From NCBI GenBank assembly GCA_002722735.1, contig PBMR01000009.1, positions 42,881-106,880 on the forward strand: a stretch of 64,000 nucleotides of DNA, in the 5' to 3' direction. Of the stretch, positions 45,177-54,381 are shown piece after piece. How positions within the stretch are numbered: position 1 is the first letter of the stretch; each line of letters starts with the position of its first letter. The notes below the pieces were generated by a model that saw only the letters and a list, made by a program, of their open reading frames with translations, was not told where the DNA came from and searched no databases. This stretch comes from Methanobacteriota archaeon. GTDB taxonomy: Archaea > Thermoplasmatota > Poseidoniia > Poseidoniales > Thalassarchaeaceae. Both the position numbers and the translations under genes were made by a program.

Positions 45177-45881
45177 TCATGTGAACAGCAGGAGGTAGCC
45201 CAAGTAGAAGACGACAACATCACAGATAGCGTGTGACAACCAGCAAACCCAAATGGAGCGGTGGCGCATGTACAGCCAAGACCATATCGCTGCGGCACCG
45301 AGCAATCCGATGCTGGCCATGACAGTCTGCCACCAGACAAATCCGACCAAGTGCAGAGCGAGGGCGTGGTGCAGTGTGAACATCAGTGCAGATAATGCAA
45401 TTGCCTGTGCTTCGCCACCAAACAGCTCAAATCCCTTGGTGGTGATGAACCACCTGAAAACATACTCCTCTAGCAGGCTGTTCATGAAGATCCAATATAG
45501 CGCTCCAAGCACGTATGTTCGCTTATCCACCAAGCCCGTAGGCCTTAGCTCCGCAATCATTGCAGAGGCGTCTATTGAATCACCTAGGAAAAGCCAGGTT
45601 GCCATGATTATCACAGACATCCCAAGCCCGGTGGCAGCACCCATACGCAATCCCTCGCCGTCGGGCAATGATCGAGAGAGCTCATTACCCTCGATTCTCA
45701 GGTACCACAAGGTGGGGACAATCAGGATCCAAGCCTTGCAGGCCATGAAGAATGCCTGTGTGTAGAGCTCGTCTTCGCTGATTGACAAGCCGTAGATTAT
45801 CGATAGCGATGGGGCGAAACCGACCAACGCTATTGCTACTAGCGCCTGACTCCGCTCGTTCACGCACAACTTATCCACCAA
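45177..45881 (-). CDS. CPBP-family intramembrane metalloprotease (CAAX protease/Abi)
   Basis: LLEEYVFRWF (EExxxR), FTLHH and SHAICD motifs in a polytopic protein. Confidence 0.75.
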   Translation of the reverse strand: MVDKLCVNERSQALVAIALVGFAPSLSIIYGLSISEDELYTQAFFMACKAWILIVPTLWYLRIEGNELSRSLPDGEGLRMGAATGLGMSVIIMATWLFLGDSIDASAMIAELRPTGLVDKRTYVLGALYWIFMNSLLEEYVFRWFITTKGFELFGGEAQAIALSALMFTLHHALALHLVGFVWWQTVMASIGLLGAAAIWSWLYMRHRSIWVCWLSHAICDVVVFYLGYLLLFT

Positions 45882-45961
45882 TAGGTCAATACATTTGTGG
45901 CGACGGAAGTGAACATCTAACTAGCCAAATTCTAAGACCCAGCCCACAGGGCAAACGAATA

Positions 45962-46900
45962 ATGACGACGGGAGCAAGGAAGGTCGCTGTAATCGGAGCA
46001 GGTAATGTCGGAGCCACATGCGCATTCGTCCTCGCCGAGAGAAATGTGGGCGAGATTGTCTTGTTAGACATTTTCGAGGGCTTTGCCAAGGGCAAGGCTC
46101 TGGACATGAGCCAAGGCGGGCGGATACTGAACTACGACGGCCGAGTCACAGGGACCAAGGATTACTCTGACATCGAGGGCTCCGATGTTGTAGTCGTCAC
46201 CTCCGGATTCCCACGACAGCCTGGCATGACACGTGAAGACCTGATTGGGAAGAACGCCGAGATCATCTCACAGGTCGGAGAGGGGATCCGTGAAAACGCC
46301 CCCGAGGCTATCATCATCATGGTGACCAACCCCCTCGATCTCATGACATATCACATGCAACGGATTACCGGCTTTCCACATCACCGTGTCATCGGCCAGG
46401 CCGGAATCCTCGACTGCGCCAGGATGACGCACTTCATCGCCCAGACGCTTGGTTGCAGCAACGAGGACGTGCAAGCCATGGTGCTCGGCGGACACGGCGA
46501 TACTATGGTCCCCCTTCCCCGCTATACCACCGTCAATGGCATTCCAATCACAAGATTGTTGGATGGCGATACCATTGAAGCCATCTGCAAGAGGACTGCG
46601 GGGGGTGGCGGCGAGATAGTCAAGCTGCTTGAGAGGGGTAGCGCTTTCTATGCTCCCGGTAGCGCTGCTGCTATCATGGCTCAATCCGTGCTGGATGACA
46701 GACGGAGGGTGCTACCTTGCAGCGCTTATCTTTCTGGGGAGTACGGCATGGATGACATCTTCATCGGTGTTCCCATTGTTCTAGGCAAGAACGGGGTCGA
46801 GCGGATTATCGAGTTGGAACTCGAGGATTCGGAGCTTGCTAGCCTGCAGAAGTCTGGCTCTTTCTACAAGGAGCAGTTATGTTCCATTCTCGGTTACTGA
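45962..46900 (+). CDS. mdh: malate dehydrogenase (LDH-like MDH family)
   Basis: KVAVIGAGNVGATCAF, VVVTSGFPRQPGMTREDL, and the catalytic H in GGHGDTMVP. ATG at 45962. Confidence 0.85.
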   Translation: MTTGARKVAVIGAGNVGATCAFVLAERNVGEIVLLDIFEGFAKGKALDMSQGGRILNYDGRVTGTKDYSDIEGSDVVVVTSGFPRQPGMTREDLIGKNAEIISQVGEGIRENAPEAIIIMVTNPLDLMTYHMQRITGFPHHRVIGQAGILDCARMTHFIAQTLGCSNEDVQAMVLGGHGDTMVPLPRYTTVNGIPITRLLDGDTIEAICKRTAGGGGEIVKLLERGSAFYAPGSAAAIMAQSVLDDRRRVLPCSAYLSGEYGMDDIFIGVPIVLGKNGVERIIELELEDSELASLQKSGSFYKEQLCSILGY

Positions 46901-46939
46901 TTACGTTGGTTTCATCCGGTCCAGTGCTCTGGACATGGC

Positions 46940-47707
46940 ATGAGCGAGACCTGCCAACACATACACTTGGAGCACGACGGCAAGCTGCTATTGGTAGATA
47001 TTGGTGGCAAAGGACCCGTCAAGCCTGAGAGGGGGCGCTCTTGCTGGGAAGGGGATGGTTTCCTGATCAGACTGCCGACCCCCCAAGAGGCTGCAGCCCT
47101 GGGGATCGATTGGAACGAGAGGAGGACGAATGAGTTCAGATTGGGGGGACTGAATCATCGGATACTGTATGCAACTCCCATGATTGCCTGGCCTGAACAC
47201 TGGGCCTGGAAGGACTCCGTGATCAGCGACAGCGCCGTCGATCCTGTTGCCAGGGAATCAGTCTATCGCACCCTCCACAGAGTCGTCAGCAAGGTGATTG
47301 TCACGAACACTAGAGGCGAGATCCTCATGACTAAGGTCGCGAGGGGATTCTTCGTTGGGTGCTGGACCCTACCAGGGGGTTTCGTAGACTATGACGAGCA
47401 TCCTCGGGCGGCTGCGGTGAGGGAGGCTTTGGAAGAATTGGGGATAAACATCTCCATACCCGACCCTAAGGGCGAGTCCGGTACCATTACCCAGGGGGAT
47501 GACAGCTGCATTATCCAGACTGCCATTTTCAACAACGAGGGGTTATGTTGGGTCTCTTTCACCTATCACTGCCAAGCGGACATCAGTGCTGAAGAGATCG
47601 TGCCGAAGGACGACGAGATCGAGGAAGCCAAGTGGTTCAGCAGGGATGAGGCCCTTGGCCAAGCCGTCTCCCTATTCGACATCGAGGCCATTAAGCGGAT
47701 AAATTGA
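46940..47707 (+). CDS. NUDIX hydrolase with an extra ~110-aa N-terminal region
   Basis: Nudix box GGFVDYDEHPRAAAVREALEELGI. Confidence 0.75.
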   Translation: MSETCQHIHLEHDGKLLLVDIGGKGPVKPERGRSCWEGDGFLIRLPTPQEAAALGIDWNERRTNEFRLGGLNHRILYATPMIAWPEHWAWKDSVISDSAVDPVARESVYRTLHRVVSKVIVTNTRGEILMTKVARGFFVGCWTLPGGFVDYDEHPRAAAVREALEELGINISIPDPKGESGTITQGDDSCIIQTAIFNNEGLCWVSFTYHCQADISAEEIVPKDDEIEEAKWFSRDEALGQAVSLFDIEAIKRIN

Positions 47708-47730
47708 GTTATATGGGGGCTATTTATTGG

Positions 47731-48003
47731 TCAAACGACATCGAGGAGCATGGCTATGAGTACCATCAGGGTTGCCAATTGAATCGAAATGACGACCCTG
47801 AAGCGCAGCTTGTCGACTAGAGCCCCTCCCTGAACCTCCTCTCGCAGACCCGCTACGGCGACTTGGACCCCGCCGAGACGCTTCTCAAACTTCTGCACCT
47901 TCTTCCCGAAGTCATTCTTTTTCGAATATCCCTTCACAGACACGGTTAGGGGTTCCAAACTTGAAGGGATGGTTCTCAGAACTGCCACAAGACATCCAAC
48001 CAT
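47731..48003 (-). CDS. small hypothetical protein with a C-terminal TM segment
   Basis: ORF 47731..48054 trimmed to the internal ATG. Basic/amphipathic middle (KKNDFGKKVQKFEKRL) and hydrophobic tail. Weak support. Confidence 0.3.
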   Translation of the reverse strand: MVGCLVAVLRTIPSSLEPLTVSVKGYSKKNDFGKKVQKFEKRLGGVQVAVAGLREEVQGGALVDKLRFRVVISIQLATLMVLIAMLLDVV

Positions 48004-48232
48004 CCCGCCAAGTAGGCGCAGACGAGGAGAACGACAGCCATGGCATGATACCATGAAGGCTCCCAGTGGTCATCCGACGTGGGTGGCAGACTGCCAATCA
48101 CGATTTCGACAGGGGGTGCTAGCCTTGAACGGTTGGTTCGACGACTGGAGGGGCTATGGTGAATCCCTACGGGGGCCAATGTCTCGACCATGAAGCCGCT
48201 ATGGCTCCAGCATGGCGGGATGCATTCCCGAT

Positions 48233-48310
48233 GGTGGGCCTGCCTGGATTTGAACCAGGGTCTATTGCTCCCAAAGCAACAAGCATAGACCAGACTAACC
48301 CACAGGCCCG
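48233..48310 (-). tRNA. tRNA-Pro (anticodon UGG), CCA encoded, no intron
   Basis: Folded by hand: acceptor GGGCCUG/CAGGCCC, D arm GGUU..UGCU (with G-U pairs), anticodon stem GUUGC/GCAAU, loop UU-UGG-GA, T arm CCUGG-UUCAAAU-CCAGG, then ACCA. Confidence 0.9.
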
Positions 48311-48335
48311 TAGAGCACGAGCGTTGGTCCGGCAA

Positions 48336-48785
48336 TCATGAACTTTGCTGGAGCCAACACCAAGATTCCTTGCCCGACCTAACAAGCGCCCCCTCCATCT
48401 CGGCCTGACCTATGAGTCGCTCTGCTGTGGGCTCACTGATATCCAGTCCTTGAAGCTCGTTGGCCAGGGAGGGTATTGTAAGATGCCCACTGGAATCCGT
48501 TGCAGACCTCATTGCACTCAGTAGATCGCGGGTGCTAGCGGGAGAACTGCGCTTGGGCTGCTTAGGTAGCCTTTCGGGTGAGTGGGCCAGAAGAGCGATT
48601 TGACGAGCGACCTCCTTTGGGAGGTTGGCCGCGGAAACGGCCTCGAACAACTCAAAGCCATCGCCAAAAGCACCAACCCTCTTGGATGAGGATGAGTCAC
48701 AGCGTGTGCAACGAGCAGCGCCCCCAGACTTGGAACCGAAAGCATGACCACAGGAGCAGCGCATGAGAAGCCACTCTTCGGTCAT
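48336..48785 (-). CDS. zinc-ribbon protein (DUF1922-like CxC...CxxC) with a C-terminal winged-helix-like domain
   Basis: MTEEWLLMRCSCGHAF.....ARCTRCDS. The C-terminal ..LIGQAEMEGALVRSG.. is wHTH-like. ATG at 48785. Confidence 0.55.
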   Translation of the reverse strand: MTEEWLLMRCSCGHAFGSKSGGAARCTRCDSSSSKRVGAFGDGFELFEAVSAANLPKEVARQIALLAHSPERLPKQPKRSSPASTRDLLSAMRSATDSSGHLTIPSLANELQGLDISEPTAERLIGQAEMEGALVRSGKESWCWLQQSS

Positions 48786-48802
48786 GTGGCCACACGGTTT
48801 AC

Positions 48803-49144
48803 GTGGTTCATGACTTTGCCTGTGATGTAGACAGAGGATTTGATTGGCAAAGCTCCCCCGCAGGAGTTGTGAGCAGGCGTAAGAACGTTGGATTAGCAAT
48901 ATCGGTCGCTTTGATCCTCCTCTCGATAATTAGATTCTCCACCGAGGGTTTTCTGACCACTGAGGTATGGGCCTATCTTCTGGTGTCACCACTGCCAATG
49001 GCAATGGCTTTGGCCCCTGATTCCAATCTCAAGCAGTACGATTCCCGAGAAGTCGAGACCTGGGAGGAAAATGGGTTGGAAGTCAGCGATGCAAGCGAAG
49101 TCCCCGACCCCATTGAGTCGGGGTTTGACATACCCGTGCTCTAA
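48803..49144 (+). CDS. small hypothetical membrane protein with an acidic C-terminal tail
   Basis: GTG-started ORF with two hydrophobic spans, then an E/D-rich tail. Only 17 nt from the divergent gene, so support is weak. Confidence 0.3.
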   Translation: MVHDFACDVDRGFDWQSSPAGVVSRRKNVGLAISVALILLSIIRFSTEGFLTTEVWAYLLVSPLPMAMALAPDSNLKQYDSREVETWEENGLEVSDASEVPDPIESGFDIPVL

Positions 49145-51082
49145 TTATGCCAGCCGCAGAGTCTCTAGGTTTGCTGGAGCATAGGTCTGCACCTTGAATC
49201 GGTCGCGCAGCCCCATTCGAAATGCATTGCAGGTCTGCGGGTCGCCGTGATGGCAGATGATCTTGCGGGGCGTCGGATTCAATGCGGCGACGTAATCCAT
49301 CAATTGGTTCCTGTCGGAGTGTCCACTGAAACCATCGATAATCACCATATTGCAACTGACGTCGATCATGTGAGTCTGTCCACGATCCATCAGAGGTACG
49401 TGAGAGTGACCCTCTTGCAGCCTTCTGCCTAGGGTGCCGGAGGCTTGGTAACCGACGAAGCAAAGAGTATTTCCCGGATCAGGGGCCCAGTGCTTCAGGT
49501 ATTCGATGATTGGCCCACCCGTCATCATCCCACTGGTAGCAAGGACTATGCATGGGTTTGGATCAAGCAGTATGGACTCCCTGAGTTCTCTGGAATCGAC
49601 CTTTTTGAACCATGACGAGTTGAAAGGGTTCTCTTCTCCTCCCTTGAGCATTTTCTTCCTTAGATTCCGATTCAGGAAGTTGGGGTGACTGGAGTGGATA
49701 GCACTCGCTTCGGTTATCATGCCGTCTAGCCAAACGGTCACAGGCGATACCATGCCGGACTTGAAGAGCTCGTCTATTGCCAGCATGACCTCTTGAGATC
49801 TCCCCACAGCAAAGACGGGGCAGAAGATCTTGCCTTTGCGGTTGAGAGTGTCGATTACGAGGTCCTGGAGCTCTTGGCTTGCTTGTTGCCGGGTTGGCTG
49901 GATGCTCTGGGGACCACCATAAGTGGACTCTACGACCAACGTATCGACTTTGGGAAAACGGACAGTAGCAGCATCGAATAGCCATGACTTCTCGTACTTG
50001 ATGTCGCCTGAGAATAGAAGCCTGTGCTCGGACTTACCTTCGCCAATTTGCATGTAAACACTGGATGAGCCCAGAATGTGTCCCGCATTCTCAAGAGTCG
50101 CCTTGACGTCGGGCGCTATGTCTGTCTTCTCACCCCAGTTGACGTCAACTACATGCTTGATGCACTCCTGAATGTCAGCCTTCGAGTATGGTGGCTCGTT
50201 TCCTTCAGCCTGTGAGACCTTTATGTAGTCAATTTGCAGAAGGGTCATCAAATCCCTGGTGGGGGGCGTGCAGTAAACAGGCCCACGGTATCCATACCTG
50301 AACAGCACAGGAAGCATTCCAATGTGATCAACGTGAGCGTGAGTAATGACAACAGCATCGAGGTTGTCGAGGGGAAGGAGTTCGGGGGCAGCAAAGAAGG
50401 GCTGGACCTCGTTCTGGTTGTTAGTGGGCTTGGCGCCAACGTCCACGAGTATCTTCGACTCGTTGGTAGTGACTAGGTGCATGGCCCTGCCGACCTCCCT
50501 GTAGGAACCTAGAGCAGAAACCCTCACCCATTGATCGCCGGGTCGCTGGGGCCGGTATATCCTAGTTCCGAACTTCCTGAGCAGCGACCTTCGTTCATCG
50601 GCCATCTCTTTCCTGAAGCGACGAATATCGTGTTGGGTGCGACTCTCCCGGGCGGGGGCCCGGACCACCTTCGCAAGCCAACCTATCTCCTCACGCAATG
50701 CAATGATATGGCTCCCCTTGGGTCCGACAGCTGATGCTGGGTCATCGCACTCAAGAATGACCTCTGAGAGGGCTGGATCGAGCCAAGTATTCCTGATTTT
50801 GGCCTCAGGAGGAATCAAACGGTTCACTGCATCATGAACATCGGCTTCACTGGAGAGGATTTTTGGATGGGGGCGGACAACTATTCGCCTTTTGATGGAT
50901 TTGGCTATGCGAACGGTTAGACTGTCGCCACCGCCTGCGAAAGCGTGCGGTTGATTGGTGATGATGGATATAGATCCGGCTTCAAGATCAACTTCGTAAT
51001 CGATGTCATCAGGAACCAGTCCAGCAATCTTCTTCTTGATCTCTGGTAGTGTCAAACGCAATTTTTCACTTCCTATTCTCAT
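49145..51082 (-). CDS. archaeal CPSF1-type beta-CASP ribonuclease with N-terminal KH domains
   Basis: KH-like N-terminus, metallo-beta-lactamase ITHAHVDHIGMLP, and beta-CASP motifs. ATG at 51082 avoids overlap with psmB. Confidence 0.85.
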   Translation of the reverse strand: MRIGSEKLRLTLPEIKKKIAGLVPDDIDYEVDLEAGSISIITNQPHAFAGGGDSLTVRIAKSIKRRIVVRPHPKILSSEADVHDAVNRLIPPEAKIRNTWLDPALSEVILECDDPASAVGPKGSHIIALREEIGWLAKVVRAPARESRTQHDIRRFRKEMADERRSLLRKFGTRIYRPQRPGDQWVRVSALGSYREVGRAMHLVTTNESKILVDVGAKPTNNQNEVQPFFAAPELLPLDNLDAVVITHAHVDHIGMLPVLFRYGYRGPVYCTPPTRDLMTLLQIDYIKVSQAEGNEPPYSKADIQECIKHVVDVNWGEKTDIAPDVKATLENAGHILGSSSVYMQIGEGKSEHRLLFSGDIKYEKSWLFDAATVRFPKVDTLVVESTYGGPQSIQPTRQQASQELQDLVIDTLNRKGKIFCPVFAVGRSQEVMLAIDELFKSGMVSPVTVWLDGMITEASAIHSSHPNFLNRNLRKKMLKGGEENPFNSSWFKKVDSRELRESILLDPNPCIVLATSGMMTGGPIIEYLKHWAPDPGNTLCFVGYQASGTLGRRLQEGHSHVPLMDRGQTHMIDVSCNMVIIDGFSGHSDRNQLMDYVAALNPTPRKIICHHGDPQTCNAFRMGLRDRFKVQTYAPANLETLRLA

Positions 51083-51125
51083 CCCAGCAATGTGCCAATT
51101 CAGAGGCCATGGCCCGGGATTCTGT

Positions 51126-51752
51126 TCAGAGGTTTGCGAGGAGTTCGGAGACATCCTCTTCAGAAAGCTGGTTGAAACCAGCCTTCTGGGTGATGAATGC
51201 AAGGTCCATGCCATTGCCGCTAGCAGCATCGCGTTGTGCCGAAGCCAGCAGGGACTTGGCTGCTAGAGCAAGTGCCTCATCCTGTGTCATCCCGGGCTTG
51301 AATTGGTCTTCGAGCACTCCATACATGAAGGGGCTGCCCGATCCGGTAGCACAGTAGACGTCCGGTATGGAGCCGCCCGCAGAGTCGATGCTGTAGACGC
51401 TCGGCCCCGAATCGTCTACTCCTACAATGAGAAGCTGCACATAATGAGGTCGTCCGGAGAGGATATTCGCGGTTAGCGTCGAAGCACCCTTGACCGTCAT
51501 TTCTTGATCGCGCTTGAGCTCGAAGAGCCTCAGTTCAGCAGCGAGGGTCCTAGACAACGATTGCGCATGACCGACCAATCCAGCCGTAGTCAGCGCAACG
51601 TTCTTGGAGATTCGAAATAGCTTCTGAACTGACTTATTGGCAATGAAATGCCCCATTGTCGCCCTGTGGTCAGCCCCGACTACCACACCGCCGTTGTAGG
51701 TGATGCCTACGGTGCTTGTACCTGTCTTGATAACTTCAGTGGAGACGTCCAT
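51126..51752 (-). CDS. psmB: proteasome subunit beta
   Basis: Propeptide then TGTSTVGITYNGGVVVGADHRAT (Thr1 nucleophile context). ATG at 51752. Confidence 0.9.
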   Translation of the reverse strand: MDVSTEVIKTGTSTVGITYNGGVVVGADHRATMGHFIANKSVQKLFRISKNVALTTAGLVGHAQSLSRTLAAELRLFELKRDQEMTVKGASTLTANILSGRPHYVQLLIVGVDDSGPSVYSIDSAGGSIPDVYCATGSGSPFMYGVLEDQFKPGMTQDEALALAAKSLLASAQRDAASGNGMDLAFITQKAGFNQLSEEDVSELLANL

Positions 51753-51910
51753 TGGAATCACCGGCGGAAGAGGCCGAACGATGATAACTCGAAATCGACC
51801 CCTTATCAATGCGACGGGGGGTAGTCCTGTATCTGCGATGAATGGCCAATAGACCCCCTACGTCCGACATTGGCAGAAGATATCAAGGGAGAAGCGGGGC
51901 ACCATGAATC

Positions 51911-52300
51911 ATGAGTGCTGATGATGGCGGACCGAGGTGGGTCGATATGCCCAGTGCTTCCAAGTCTCTCGCCGGCGGCATTGAGGCAGGCGAGGATTAT
52001 CACGACCTCGGTATGAAGTACCCGGATGCCCCTGTTCCTAGGGGGGTTGGTGACGTCATTGTCCACCGAGCCATCCTGGATGATTTCACAGGGGTGAGTT
52101 CTCTCATGGATTGGATTTCCGATGGCGATCTTGTTATCGTAGAGATGACGGACCTCCTCAAAAAGGACATGGAACTGCATCTTGCCGTAGACAGAATACA
52201 GGATTTTGTGGAGCGAGACCTCAGCGGTCAAGTAATCAGACTTGGGCAATCAAGGCTCCTACTGCTCCCCCCTGCGTTTGAGAGCGCCAGGATTGAATGA
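51911..52300 (+). CDS. sepF: SepF-like cell-division protein
   Basis: IVHRAILDDFTGVSSLMDWISDGDLVIVEMTDL......AVDRIQDFVERDLSGQVIRLGQSRLLLLPP fits the SepF/DUF552 pattern. Confidence 0.7.
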   Translation: MSADDGGPRWVDMPSASKSLAGGIEAGEDYHDLGMKYPDAPVPRGVGDVIVHRAILDDFTGVSSLMDWISDGDLVIVEMTDLLKKDMELHLAVDRIQDFVERDLSGQVIRLGQSRLLLLPPAFESARIE

Positions 52301-52312
52301 GCGTGGTTCCTC

Positions 52313-52903
52313 ATGGAGAGTCGAGTAGGTCTGCCTTGCCCGCAATGCCATTCCACGGACGGGATGCTGATGTTGTCGATGTCTACGGAGATTCCGTATT
52401 TCGGGGAACATACGCAGATTTCGCTCGTCTGCGACTCCTGCGGATGGAGGCATACTGATTTCATCCCCGCCGAAGGGCGAAAACCCGGTGCTTGGTCCCT
52501 TGTGCTTGACTCCAAGGACAAGATGAGTTGTCGCGTCGTCAGATCATCTTCCTGTACCATCAGGTTGGTGGAGCTAGATCTCGAGGTCACCCCTGGGTCA
52601 GCCAGTAGCGGTTTCATCTCCAATATTGAGGGTGTTATCAAAAGATTCGAGGATGCGATTGGAACGTTGCTTCGTCATTCCCAAGCAGAGGAGGATGTTG
52701 AGTCCACAGATAGCGCCATTGTTTTGATTAATCGCTTGGCCAAAGTTAAACTCGGTGAGCAAACCATCGAGATGGTGCTTTTCGACCCCAAGGGACGAAG
52801 CCAGATTATCCACGACGAGGCTATCCACAGGGATATGACCGACGAGGAGATTGGGGCCTTGCAAATGGGTGTCGATATCCCAATTCACGAAATTATAGAC
52901 TAA
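52313..52903 (+). CDS. ZPR1-type zinc-finger protein
   Basis: CPQCHS....EIPYFGE.....CDSCGWR followed by a beta-rich ZPR1 domain. Confidence 0.75.
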   Translation: MESRVGLPCPQCHSTDGMLMLSMSTEIPYFGEHTQISLVCDSCGWRHTDFIPAEGRKPGAWSLVLDSKDKMSCRVVRSSSCTIRLVELDLEVTPGSASSGFISNIEGVIKRFEDAIGTLLRHSQAEEDVESTDSAIVLINRLAKVKLGEQTIEMVLFDPKGRSQIIHDEAIHRDMTDEEIGALQMGVDIPIHEIID

Positions 52904-54282
52904 ATTGCATCGGGAGCGAGGAACTCCTCGATACGGCCGGACCATTGTTCCCTTTTCTCCTTCAGATCCAATAGCCATTCGGTGGCCCCATCTATGCATA
53001 TCTGTTTGATTTCCCCGGCAAGTAGTCTGCCACTCTCGTACTCCTTGCGGATGTCGTCGAGGACGGAGTCATCACGCTCGAAGAAGAACTGCAGGTACTG
53101 GTAGGCTACGTCCTTGGAGCAGTCCCCCCCTATCCTTCGGTGCTCCTCGACGGTTGGCTGGCCACCGCTGTGGGCACGCATTACCTTCTTGCTCATTTGG
53201 CCAATCTCGTCATCCATGAAGATTGTAGTCTCGGGTTTGGATGAAGACATCTTGTCGCCGTTCATGCCAAGGGCGAATCGGTGGTATGTGGAGCAAGGCG
53301 GCATAAGGCCCAAGCCGCCCATGTCGCGCTCAAGGGCTAGAAGGACCATTCGGATCGATGACCTGTCGGAGCGGGTGGCACCGGGAATGTCGATTGTTCC
53401 ATGCTTGAGATTGGCCGTAAAGTCGGAGAAGCCCAAATTCGTCAAGCCGGCCTCGATGTCCTCGAAGACACCAGCCCTGACTGCGGAATCCAGCTTACCA
53501 TCGGGGAGGACTCCCAGATGGCCTGCATTGTTCCCCTGAATGGAAAGCGCAACGGTAATGCCACCGTCCTTGCGTGAGTTGACGTTGAACCAATTGGTCT
53601 TCTGCGCAATGCCTCTGGTCAGCCTGAGATGGGGGTCTTGGTCAATGCCAACTGGAACGACAATTGGCCGTAGACCCCCGAACTCATCGAGCTGGGGGTG
53701 GATGATGTCCCCGGCTTGAACCAATGGAGCCTGAACATGAGCCAGATTGGTCTCGCCACTGAAACCATAGATGGCTTCGAGCTCAGAAAGGTTGGTTCTG
53801 CGACCGAGGGTGAACGCGAGCCTCTGGACCTCTGGACGGGAACTCTGGAAGTATACGTTCGTGGTCTCGGGGTCCAATCCTAATGCCGCATAGTTGTGAA
53901 CGTACTCGGCGATAGCGGTTTTACGCCCTCTCGAGAGGGAGGTCCCCCTTGTGGCCAGGGCTTCGAGGTCAGCGACCGTAACGGTGATGTCCGCTCCCTG
54001 CTCTTGGAACCATCGGACCTGATCTATGACCATGCTATGCCCGAGATGCATCCTTCCGCTAGGCATCAATCCGGTGAGCACGCCGAAGGGGTCGGATCGT
54101 TGTATGCATCCAACCACCACGTCGAGATCTCTGTGCGCGAACACTATGCCTCTTCTATGGAGCATACCGGGATTAGGCAACGTGGAGGAATCGACAGTAT
54201 CGAGCCCGAACCGATCGACGATGCGGGCGTAGTCGGTGGATTGGTCTGATGACCAAGGATCAATCCGCTCGGCTTTGCCCAT
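52900..54282 (-). CDS. trpS: tryptophanyl-tRNA synthetase (with a ~100-aa internal insertion)
   Basis: DPW....DY..IV..FG N-terminus, TGLMPSGRMHLGH (HIGH), GIDQDPHLRLTR and KMSSSKP (KMSKS). Confidence 0.8.
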   Translation of the reverse strand: MGKAERIDPWSSDQSTDYARIVDRFGLDTVDSSTLPNPGMLHRRGIVFAHRDLDVVVGCIQRSDPFGVLTGLMPSGRMHLGHSMVIDQVRWFQEQGADITVTVADLEALATRGTSLSRGRKTAIAEYVHNYAALGLDPETTNVYFQSSRPEVQRLAFTLGRRTNLSELEAIYGFSGETNLAHVQAPLVQAGDIIHPQLDEFGGLRPIVVPVGIDQDPHLRLTRGIAQKTNWFNVNSRKDGGITVALSIQGNNAGHLGVLPDGKLDSAVRAGVFEDIEAGLTNLGFSDFTANLKHGTIDIPGATRSDRSSIRMVLLALERDMGGLGLMPPCSTYHRFALGMNGDKMSSSKPETTIFMDDEIGQMSKKVMRAHSGGQPTVEEHRRIGGDCSKDVAYQYLQFFFERDDSVLDDIRKEYESGRLLAGEIKQICIDGATEWLLDLKEKREQWSGRIEEFLAPDAI

Positions 54283-54381
54283 GCCACCGCGCCAGCAAGG
54301 CCCTCAATCAAGGCATCGCTCGAATACCTGCCCTAAGCATGGAACCGTTAGACCGAAGTGGCACCCCGCCCTCGCAGGTAC

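Noticed and set aside
47708-48335. The tRNA-Pro flank as an integration site for a mobile element
   Set aside because: There is no integrase, no direct repeat of the tRNA 3' end, and no cluster of foreign-looking genes on either side. The neighbours are ordinary small ORFs and housekeeping genes.
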